DNA of 45,804 nt, filler included, from Catajapyx aquilonaris (lineage: Eukaryota), in assembly GCA_000934665.2 (NCBI GenBank). It is 2 parts of 2 records of this genome, joined end to end, with 100 filler letters (N's around TTAATTAATTAA, not from the genome) between each part and the next. Parts side by side here need not be neighbours in the genome. Positions count along the whole stretch, not along the records: positions 23,021 to 45,804 come from KZ539421.1; 1 more part is not named here. The stretch is one strand, 5' to 3'. The notes beneath the pieces are model-generated. The model was given only the letters and a program-made list of their open reading frames with translations. It was not told where the DNA came from and ran no database searches. Within the stretch, counting starts at the first letter, position 1. Each line of letters begins with the position of its first letter. Made by a program: the position numbers and the translations under genes. This document shows positions 36,575 through 45,804 of this stretch, piece after piece.

Positions 36575-37497
36575 GGCACGTGTCACAAAACCGGTTCTTG
36601 TTTTGTAAACATCCAAATTCATAAAACTGGCAAACGTTTCAAAACATTTGGTGAACTACTTCATGCTGACAATGGTCACAAATAATTACGATTTACGAAA
36701 CTGCTTTCCTTATATATGTCCATCATCTGTGATATTACCCACTGTCACATGTCAACCGAAACGCACTAGCCGTGTCTCAATGCACAGCTTCCAGACATCA
36801 AAACAATTTGGTCCGATAACAATAATCGCGGTACTGGCAATCCTTCAAGGCTAACCAAAGAAGTAGACCTGTTTCCGTCCTTGAGACCAAATGTTACGGG
36901 CACTTGAACTGTTACGATTGTGGTTACGATGCAACAATTAAAACAGGTGGCAGACGCTTGAAGGAACAGCAACATCTACGGGATTCCAGTGAACCCCATA
37001 GGGGCCCAGCAGTGATTGGTGCATCTCAACGACAACGACCAACAACAACGACCGCCCGTGTGAACCCACCCCAACTCACCATAACGCTCTTTGCTGGACG
37101 GCACATGACAGCACCGGGGCTAATCCCTCCCATTCAGCACACATGTGTTTCACTAGCACGTGTCCGCTTCCAGCAGCACCATCACACGCACGCACCTTCC
37201 CCGATGAGATTCTTCCCGCCAACTGGTTGTGGCCAAAGCGCCAAACGGGGGGGCTCCTGCTCTTGACATGCCCCCCACCAACCACCCCCGCCCGAGATAC
37301 AGGAGCAGACATGCGCACTGGCCCCCTTCCCATTTCAGCCGCAGTCTAGCCATAGGGAAGCCATATGCAAAGTAGCTCCTGGAGATCAATGCGCGGGAGG
37401 GCGCCAATAGTACACCGGCGCCACTTAAATCTAGTCCGGAACTATCATAGATAAGATATCAAACTATGACATAACTCCAGATAAGCTGGGATCACCC

Positions 37498-37790
37498 CAG
37501 TGACGTAGCCAGAATTACAGTTCGGGGGGGGGGGGGGGGGGNTTCAAGGTCACATGAGCTCAGGTGAAAGTGGGAGATTTCAATGCATGTGTATTTGATG
37601 AAATGGTAGCACTTTTTCCAAAAAAAATCATGAATTAGTAATTTGAAAACATGATTATTAAAAACATTTCTCTATGGAAGCATTGGAAAGTTAAAATACT
37701 CATTTTATCTAGTGTAAGTCGAAAAATTTCGGGGGGGGGGGGAGCTCGGGCACCCTGCCCCCCCCCCCCTTCCCCCCGGCTACGTCCCTG
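37498..37790. mobile_element. hAT MITE
   Basis: TIR CAGTGACGTAGCC / GGCTACGTCCCTG. 8-bp TSD GATCACCC (37490-37497, 37791-37798). Confidence 0.85.
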
Positions 37791-39351
37791 GATCACCCTA
37801 TACTTACACACATTGGCATAGTTACAATGTAGGGATTCAATAATTAAAATGAGAGGCACATAATGTCAACCACATTTATTCCAAAAAACAGGACCCTAAA
37901 AATGCTTTCAAATCCAACCTTTTTGTTCCAGTACATGACCGAGCGAGATGCACTGCCCACATGTTATCCGTCACCGCTACATGCGACACATGAATGACGA
38001 CACTGTATTTTTGTTTCAAAAAAATTGTGGCTCAGTCTTCTCTGGTCCAAAAATTATACTAACGGCATCATCTTCATATATGTAAAAAAAAAGAAGAAGG
38101 AACGCGACCAAATAATTAAAAAATGAAAATATTGTACAAAAAAAAATCATTCTCTTCGCACTTCACACCCTGATTGGACGGTTCTTTTCCCTCGTATTCA
38201 TTTGCCATAAACAAACATGTAAACAAAAATAATATAAAATCCTAAATATGATTTATATCTGCATATCACAATTGAAATTGCTGCCAAAGAAAAACAAATT
38301 GGCTGCACCAAAACAAAATAAAAAACCAACAGATAATTCTTTTCTCACTGGTCCCAAGGACATTGGGAAGCAATCAGGAACATATCGCTGACCTGTACGA
38401 GAGAAACATGACTGCAGATACGTGCAGGAGGCATCATTCCATGTGACTTGCAAGGCACTTGACAGAATTTTGCTCCTTACGAACCATCGACAATCATGTC
38501 TGTTCTTGCCGAGGACAGAAATATGGTTTCTGGACTTAACGTAACACTTCACATCATTCACTTTCGCTCTAAAAAATGAAAGAAAAAATAGCAAGGATAT
38601 GCAAAAATGGAAATCTCTTGAGAATCACTCTGAATACTGCATGATATAAGAAAAGTCTGAAAACGAAGGCTGGAATTGCAATGAAGGCAGTACAGTCGCG
38701 TTGGAAGTGTGACCAGATGTGGAAATGCCACACATGATCTCTTTACAATCTTTGCACACACACGAAAAATGTCACTTACCTATGAGTATGAGCACCAATT
38801 GAGGCATACAAGAATGTCAGGTGTCCCATGACAAAAAAATGTGTACGTATCAATCAAAAGACATGTACTAGGCATGATACTTCGAGGCTAGTTCTATTAT
38901 TGGTGGTAACCAATGACCACTCACTCTTGTGATTGGACATTGATCACTTTATAAAATATCACACTGTCACGTTAACACTGCTGCTTACATGTCTCAACCG
39001 CCACCCGCCATATTGAGTCCTTTTCACTCGCCGAAAATTCTTATCTGAATACACGCAACTGAATATTAGGAAGGCTTGAAAGGTAAAAGCTTTGAAATGA
39101 AAATAATTGAAGCCATTTTTTTCAACGACCCAAATATTTGGGAGTAAACATAGGTATAGGAATTGCTCCGGAGAATCACAACTTCCTCAAAAAGAATAAA
39201 TTTGAAGCTTGTTAACGTAAAGGAATACTAAAAAATGAAACATAGAGAGCCAATTGAACCATGAGGAAAGGACTTTCTAATTATGAATGAGCCAGGGTTA
39301 GGTTGGGCAACTTGAAGTAGTTGCCCGCAAAACACTAGAAAAGACATTGCC

Positions 39352-42075
39352 CTAGTATTGTGTGGAGCAAACAATGACACGCATGTCCACCTCGCTGAAC
39401 ACAGTCCGGATGACATTCTCAATTTGAGTCCACTCCAACCCCTGCGTCTCCTTGGTTAGCTTGTGTGTGAGGGCAGGCATGGCCAGGCAACGAATATCCT
39501 CTGCCACGCACTGGAGCTTGGTCTTCTCCAGGACTTCTTGTAGAGCCCCAAACCTTCCCCGTTCCCCCTCTTTCCCTTGAGGCTTGGCCACTCCAAACAT
39601 CAAAACACGGTCTTGACGAGCCAGGGCCTTGAAGTCCCCTTCTGCCTTCATATCACCGAGGTCCTGGCGAACGGTGTACTGACGCTCAATGTCCGAATTT
39701 ACAGGAGTCTTCAGCGTCAGAGTAGAATCAGTGAAGAGGAGGAGAGCATGGTCCTGCGGGAGTTCCAATATTGGGGTATCCTCTTCATATGAGTAGTGCA
39801 CACGATGTCGACGTGGTGTTGCAGGTGTGGCGGAATCAGTGTTGGCAGATGAGGAACGGGAAGTCTGAGCAGTGTCAGTATCTGCATTGTAGTCAGGCTC
39901 ATCCTGTGAGGAACAGTTAAGAATTACTCCATGGATTCACTTCTACTAACTTGTGAAAATAACTCGTGTCAATAATCAAATCTAGTCCCAGATTTTCCTA
40001 TCTTTTTGGCAAAAAAATATAGCAATTTTGTAAATCTGATTTTTTGGACAAGCTTTCTCACTTTCCCACAAAAACTTTGGCTTTTTATATCCACTGTCAT
40101 GCTCTTGTAATTAAAAGCACAGAAAATAATAATACAGTAGACTACAAGGGAATGCGGAAATCAATGTTACCGCCAAATACACAGGCCATGTTACATGGAA
40201 GTATGCCAGTCTGCTGTAATCTGAGAGTCTGTTATGGTTGGGCTGATATATTGGAGTCAACTGTACAAGCATCAAAATAAATGGATCAACATAAGCCTAC
40301 CATGATTGGCTGTGCCTGTTGTGTGGGGCTTCCCCCCAAGTGCAAGGCACAATCAGCCAATCATTTTCCTAGCACTCATAAGACTCTCATTTAAGTTGGA
40401 GTAGAACACTGACACTTTTTCTTCAAATACATACCCGAAGAGAATAGACATCAATGCTGATGTCATCCTGGCCAAAGACCTCCCCGATGACCTGCTTGAC
40501 TGCTCCCCACTTGAGCTTGTCCAGCCCACACCCAATCTGCGGCATGGCCAGGCACCGCACCCCATTTGCTAGGATGTGCTTCCGCATGTCCGTCAGAGAG
40601 TCCTTCAGTGTGGACAGCTGCGGCTTCTCTTGCGCGAATTGCTTTGTTACCAGGTAATACACAAATCTGACCCCTGACGGCACTACTGCACATTGCCCTG
40701 GCACCTTTCCCTGGTCCAGAAGGCCTCCTATCTGTCCAAACCGCTGGCGAAACTGCACTGCAATGCCTTTCCCCATACGCATGTCCGCGCTTACACAGTG
40801 TGCCAGTGACGTGCCCTCCGGAGCAGTGAACAAGTCCTCTTCTATTATTTTAAACCTGAAATGTGTCTGGAGGGTGCCAGGGGGGTGCCGATCACGTTTG
40901 TGGTGTCTTGGAGGGTTGGACTCTGAAGATACAGCTGGAACTGGTGTTGTTGTAGCGGATGTTACAGGCGGAAGTGCAGCTGTTGCAGCTTCCAGCAATT
41001 TCTGCAGCCTCTCATTATCCAACTTGAGCTTGCTATTGTCAGTGTTTAGCTCAGACACACGCAACTCCAGATCTGATATTCGCTTCTGCTGCTCTGCAAT
41101 CAGAAGCTGTGTCTCAATGGGGATGGCTGGAGGTGACACATCAGGTGATGTTCGGTGGTTCTCTGGTGCCTCCGTCTGGAACCCTGGTGGGGGTCGCTTT
41201 TGGAAAGGTGGGTTGCAAATGACTGGAGGATGTGAATGGATGAAAGAGGCTGGAGGTGCCATATGTGGCACAGGAGGAGGGGGCAGAACAGGGGGTGGAA
41301 TTGAAACAGTTGGAGGAGGTTCCGATACGAGAGGAAGAGCCATTGAGTAGTACGGGAATGTCATCCCTTGGGAAACCACTGGTGGTGGAACTACTTGCAT
41401 TGGTGGCACTACAACTGGTGACACATCCTGGTACGTTTCTTCTTCGATGTCGGTGTTCCAGGGTATTGATGCGCTCTCTCCGCTCTCTCCCCACATCTCG
41501 GTTCCTGTGCTAACCACCTTCTCTGGTTCTGGCGCAGGAGGTGGGGCATGATACTCCTCCTGTTGGGCCTCCTGGTGGTATCCCCGAAAGTTTCGGAAGG
41601 TACGCGGCCCACCACTTCCTCCAGTCCACCTCCCACCCCGCTGGTTGTTAGTGGGATGCCACCCTGCGTACCCATCACCCCGTCCAGCACCTCTCCTCTG
41701 GTAGAATTCATCCCTCTGCTGATAACCACCATCTCTCTGCTGGTAACCACCATCTCTCTGCTGGTAACCACCGTCTCTCTGCTGGTAACCCCCGTCTCGC
41801 TGCTGGTACCCATCTCGTTGCTGGTATCCATCCCTCTGCTGGTTATAATTTCGATAGCCGCCTCGGTACCCTCCCCTGTCGCCTGTGTTTCCATCCCACT
41901 CGTGCCTCATCCCACCCCGCCCTCTGGCACCACCACCACCCCGGTACGGCTGCCGCTGCCCCCTGTGATGCTGCTGGTAACGCTGGTGTTGGTACCGCCC
42001 TCTACCCTTGTACTCTGGCTCATCCTGCTGCCACTCCACATCCTTCTGGTTCTCCTCGCCTTGAGGTGGGTTCAT
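39352..42075 (-). CDS. OARD1: ~730-aa protein: RGG/Q-Y-rich low-complexity N-terminus, Pro-rich region, coiled coil, TARG1/OARD1-type macrodomain and second degenerate macrodomain
   Basis: Exon 42075(ATG)-40435, donor CGG|GTATGT, acceptor CACAG|GAT, exon 39903-39352 in phase 0. Domain 1: EDLFTAPEGTSLAHCVSADMRMGKGIAVQFRQRFG...VYYLVTK...LAMPQIGCGLDKLKW...IDVYSL, matching TARG1 motifs. Domain 2: ...IRCLAMP...GLEWTQIENVIRTVFSEVDMRVIVC. The start codon is uncertain: an acceptor at 42108/42107 implies an upstream exon. Confidence 0.88.
41695..41840 (-). repeat. Coding tandem repeat, 18-21-bp unit encoding YQQRDG(G)
   Basis: About seven consecutive (Y/N)QQRD(G/E) units in the translation; plus strand CTGCTGGTAACCACC(A/G)TCTCT units. 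Confidence 0.9.
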
Positions 42076-42679
42076 GCTTGCATCAGTCACCACCAGCTCA
42101 TATCCACCTGCAAACAGTTGTAAGTGAGTACACTGCCAATCTACCACTGGTAAAGGACTACTCGCATCCAGTTGTATGATCAACAGTAAATTCTGAACAA
42201 GTTATTCCTGCAACGTGAATGCCACGGATGTCCACTTGTTCTGGATTCATCACTGACCATGCAACCTGTCCTTATGGTATGTTGCCACTTACTACTTATT
42301 CCGCCCATGAACATCTGAAGTACCCCTCTAGACGTGGTGGGAAATATGTCCATATTTTTTAAATAGCCTGTACAATCTGAATTTCTTGTATCTAGGATAT
42401 ACTTCCATTAGAGAAATACCGTCATGCGACTTGTCAGACCAGTCACGGCCCATCTCTATTTCTGAATGTCCCCACTGCTTGTTTACTGGTTACTCACGTA
42501 ACCATGGTAATGACTGGCTTAACGTGCGGTTGAATTGGGGTTTTGTGAGATTCTTTTCCCAATTAGGTGGGGTTTACTGTGCGTTCTCCCTGCCGTTCTC
42601 CCGCAGTCTAGAAACTGCTCCCCCCAGCGCAGCATTCGCTAAGCCCCACCGCTTCCGCTTTTCTTTCCTCCGTTAATTT

Positions 42680-43419
42680 CACCCTTACGTTCTTCCTCGC
42701 ACGACAACCGCCACGTCCACAGGTCATTCTGTAACCCATAATCACCATGCCATTATGACGATATGCCGCTTGATGGTCATGACTACAGCGGACTTGGAGT
42801 CCAAATGTGACCCACTGATAACCGACCTCCTTGGGCCTTATTTTGGGGGGTAAGATGCAAGTAAAAGTGCTTTTTTCTACTAATGGACTTTTTGCAATAG
42901 CCTTCAAATGCGTGTGGCGAATGGGCCTTACCTGCCCTTCCCCTTTGCAGAAGCCTAGTCCCCGCACCGCTGCGGCCCTCCTCGCTGTCGGTCAGACCCC
43001 AGGGCGGCCCACGGGCGGTGTCTGGGTGTGCGCACGGGATACGAGGAAGATGGCTAGACCCCCTTCTGCTGGCTGGTCTGATAGTGCTGCCCTCCGCCCA
43101 AACCCACCCTGGCTGGCTGGCTAGCTACTACGCCTCCCACCCACCCGCCGGGTGTCACCAAGGCCCACTTCCCCTCGCAGCCCTTCCAGGGATTCGCCCT
43201 TACGAGGCCTCCCAGCAGGGTGGCCAACACATGGATACCGTATCCGACGCATCACCAGACTGGGGGGAAGAACCTCTCATGGGATGCCGTATTCCGTGTG
43301 TTGGCAGCATTGGAGATAAAGAAGTGGCATGGACTCTTCCTAGCCCTGGTTTGCTTGCATTGCTGGTTCTTTCCTGCGTTTCTTGGGCGTCCGTCTTTTC
43401 AGGGGCGATTACTAGGAGG
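42680..43419. promoter_or_regulatory. Probable bidirectional promoter / 5' UTR region between the macrodomain gene (-) and RWDD1 (+)
   Basis: Divergent start codons ~1.3 kb apart with a GC/CpG-rich stretch at ~42940-43260. Candidate minus-strand donor AAC|GTAAGG near 42688 and plus-strand acceptor TCTTTTCAG| at 43402. Inference only. Confidence 0.4.
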
Positions 43420-43947
43420 ATGACGGACTACAAGGAGGAGCAGACGGGGGAGATTGAGGCCTTAGACTCCATTTACTCCAACGAACTTGAAGGTGAATGG
43501 TGGTTGCCTGACAAATCAACTGGTCTCAATGTCAATTGTTGCAGTTCTGACTGATGAGCCGTACCACAAGTTCAAAATCATGATCAAGACTGAGTCGTAC
43601 CAACCAGACTCCGGCACGGGTATGGCATGCTCCTTGTGCTTCACGTACACGCAGACCTATCCCGATGAGCTTCCGGAGATGGAGGTTTTGGATGAGGAGA
43701 ATATGGACGAGAGTGATGTGTCTGCCCTGATGGACCATCTCGTTGAAATGGTACTGATAAGGCAGCATGTGTGACGTAATTTCTGACTGTGGCGTTCTTG
43801 TAGGGCCAGGAGAACTTGGGGATGGTGATGGTGTTCACACTGGTGTCGGAAGGAATTGAGTGGCTCAACAACCATTGGGATGCCTTGTTGAAGGAGCAGG
43901 AGGAAGCCAGGGAGATACAGTTCAAGGAGCAAGAGGAGAAAGATAGG
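43420..43947 (+). CDS. RWDD1: RWD domain-containing protein 1 (DFRP2/Gir2 homolog), first three coding exons; 3' exons outside the visible sequence
   Basis: Exon 43420-43492: MTDYKEEQTGEIEALDSIYSNELE. Exon 43545-43750: ...LCFTYTQTYPDELPEMEV.... Exon 43804-43947: GQENLGMVMVFTLVSEGIEWL...EEKDR. Carries the RWD YPxxxP motif and the RWDD1-typical ENLGMVMxFTLV; introns of 52 and 53 nt. Confidence 0.93.
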
Positions 43948-44703
43948 GTGGGTTTCCAATCTTTAGTGGGTAGCGCACTATCCAAATAAACTAGAGTTAG
44001 TGCACAGTACAGTCAACTCTGGGTATAAGAGAGCCGACAAACCGGTTAATCCGACAAACCGGTTAGTGCAATAACCGGTTATTTCATAAAAAATTAACAG
44101 GCTAACTGGTAATGCAATAGGCTAAAAATTAACCAGTTAACCGCACAGCCCTACTACTGACTGCTGCCAGCCCAGGAAAAAGAAAACCCTGATGATATTG
44201 TAGTTCTGAATATTGTGTTGGTCAGTTTCTGCCGTGAGGGGAGATAAGTGCACCAATTGGTTAATGTGTGAAACCTGTATAGAGAGCAATCACTCCATTC
44301 CGTGAAATTTTTCATAATAGACACGTTTCCGCTACATTGGACAACACTAAAGTAGAAAATAATTTAAGGCTCATTATAAGCCTTTCCATTATATCCAGGG
44401 TCCCCTGTAGACAAGTTATACCGTACTGTGAGTTGCATTGGAGCTATTCCATATGTTGCACCCCACACAAATTTTGAACTTTGACGCTAGATTTAAAAGG
44501 GGAAAACAGAGGTTTAAAGTCACGCATTTCACAGGGTAGACAAATGCAGATTTCGAGCTGTGAAGGTTCAATGAAAAATAAAAAATTTGTTAAGGTGTTG
44601 TAGCCCTGTAAACTTCCGTTGCACCCCATAACGCGAAATGTTCAGTCAAAAAAGTGACCCGTGAGTCCATTTACATTCCTGCAATTTGTGTGAGTAAAAT
44701 AAG

Positions 44704-44767
44704 AGCTTATTCGACACTTCTGTGAAAACCACAGCTCTGTGGTTTTCACAGAAGTGTCGAATAGGCT
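44704..44767. repeat. 64-bp near-perfect palindrome (2-nt spacer)
   Basis: AGCTTATTCGACACTTCTGTGAAAACCACAG-CT-CTGTGGTTTTCACAGAAGTGTCGAATAGGCT (one mismatch). Confidence 0.9.
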
Positions 44768-44945
44768 TCAGGCTAACTTTCTATGAATACATTTTTCTCT
44801 CATGACCAATGGCCATTACGAGACAGTCATCCGAAGTAGTTGCACCCTATGACGTGTGAATTTGGACATAGAGAACTGCACAAAATACCACATACACTTC
44901 AATAACAGACAAGTTATTCATCTGTTGTATACAATACATTGAGGT

Positions 44946-45660
44946 CAGAGATGGGCAGTATTTAAATACAAATGTATTTAAATATGTATTTATAACTACA
45001 CATCGTAAATACTTTCCCAAACTCTCTTTTAATTTATATTTGCATAATTCTTAATTCTGAACCCTAATGAAAGAATGGATATGAAAGTAGATATCTGTTA
45101 TGTTTTCTTATTTTTATCCGAAGAATTAGGTGCACATTGACAAAAAATGTATTTGAAATGTATTTACAAAAGTATCTTAATACTTTTGATTATTTAGTAT
45201 TTAGTATAACATGTATCTAATTACTTATGCAGTATTTAGCATTTAATTACATTTTTATGCATTTATTTTGAAATGAATTTACTGATTCCTCTTCCACGGG
45301 GGGGNNNNNNNNNNNNNNNNNNNNNNNNNNNNNNNNNNNNNNNNNNNNNNNNNNNNNNNNNNNNNNNNNNNNNNNNNNNNNNNNNNNNNNNNNNNNNNNN
45401 NNNNNNNNNNNNNNNNNNNNTTTAAAATATAATATTGAGAGTTTGTTGTCTGAGATGGGCAGGGGGGGGGGGGTTATATGGGTGGTTTATAGGGTGATTT
45501 TTACCATTTTTAATTTAGTTCATATTTTGGGTTAGCTTGTGGTTCCCGTCATCGCTGACTACCCCTTTATAGAGAAATGTCGTGATGGTGTTGTTGTTGT
45601 TTTATGCAGTAGTTAGTATTTAGTATTTAATTACATTCTAGTATTTATTGCCCATCACTG
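44946..45660. mobile_element. hAT MITE in an RWDD1 intron, spanning the second gap
   Basis: TIR CAGAGATGGGCA / TGCCCATCACTG. 8-bp TSD ATTGAGGT (44938-44945, 45661-45668). Internal GTATTT/AAATAC repeats. Confidence 0.85.
45305..45420. other. Assembly gap
   Basis: Run of N following a G run. Confidence 0.95.
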
Positions 45661-45804
45661 ATTGAGGTGCACAAAATCCCCTAACCCATGCATACAATAT
45701 ACAGGGTGGCCCAACTTTTTTGTCTGAACAGCTATTGACAAATTCGGCCTAAGCTGCTTATGTTGTAGTGCGTTACCTGGCAACCCCGGCCGGCGGGCCA
45801 ATTC

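Noticed and set aside
40763..42123. Long plus-strand ORFs (195 aa, 191 aa) and the 161-aa alternative minus frame
   Set aside because: Shadow ORFs of the GC-rich, repetitive macrodomain-gene exon.
42108..42183. N-terminal extension of the 586-aa ORF
   Set aside because: Lies upstream of a good acceptor (TTTGCAG| at 42108) and is probably intronic.
43018..43419. N-terminal extension of RWDD1 with a hydrophobic segment in the 178-aa ORF
   Set aside because: Non-ATG start; the family N-terminus begins at MTDY (43420), and the hydrophobic part corresponds to a pyrimidine-rich acceptor region.

Overview
Eukaryotic, probably arthropod-type invertebrate, genomic DNA with 50-60 nt introns, many MITEs and tRNA-derived SINEs, and two scaffold gaps. 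Six gene units can be assembled from splice signals. (1) The first coding exon (UBL domain) of a UHRF1-like gene at 2591-2758 (-), running off the left edge. (2) An F-box/LRR gene at 16239-17504 (+) with two frameshifts, bracketed by two long fold-back palindromes. (3) The last three exons (SRA end, basic linker, RING) of a UHRF1 at 21436-22402 (-), whose upstream exons are not visible beyond the 22.9 kb gap. (4) A 5-exon, ~237-aa stand-alone tandem-BRCT gene (SLF1 N-terminus/TOPBP1 BRCT7-8-like) at 29998-32065 (-), almost invisible in the ORF track. (5) A ~730-aa protein at 39352-42075 (-) with an RGG/YQQRDGG low-complexity region, a Pro-rich segment, a coiled coil, an intact TARG1/OARD1 macrodomain and a second degenerate macrodomain. 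(6) RWDD1 (+) from 43420, head-to-head with (5). The most notable observations are the RGG/tandem-macrodomain architecture, the 'tail-before-head' order of the UHRF1 pieces (tandem paralogs or misassembly), and the hidden BRCT-only gene. All family calls come from motif recognition by eye; no searches were run.
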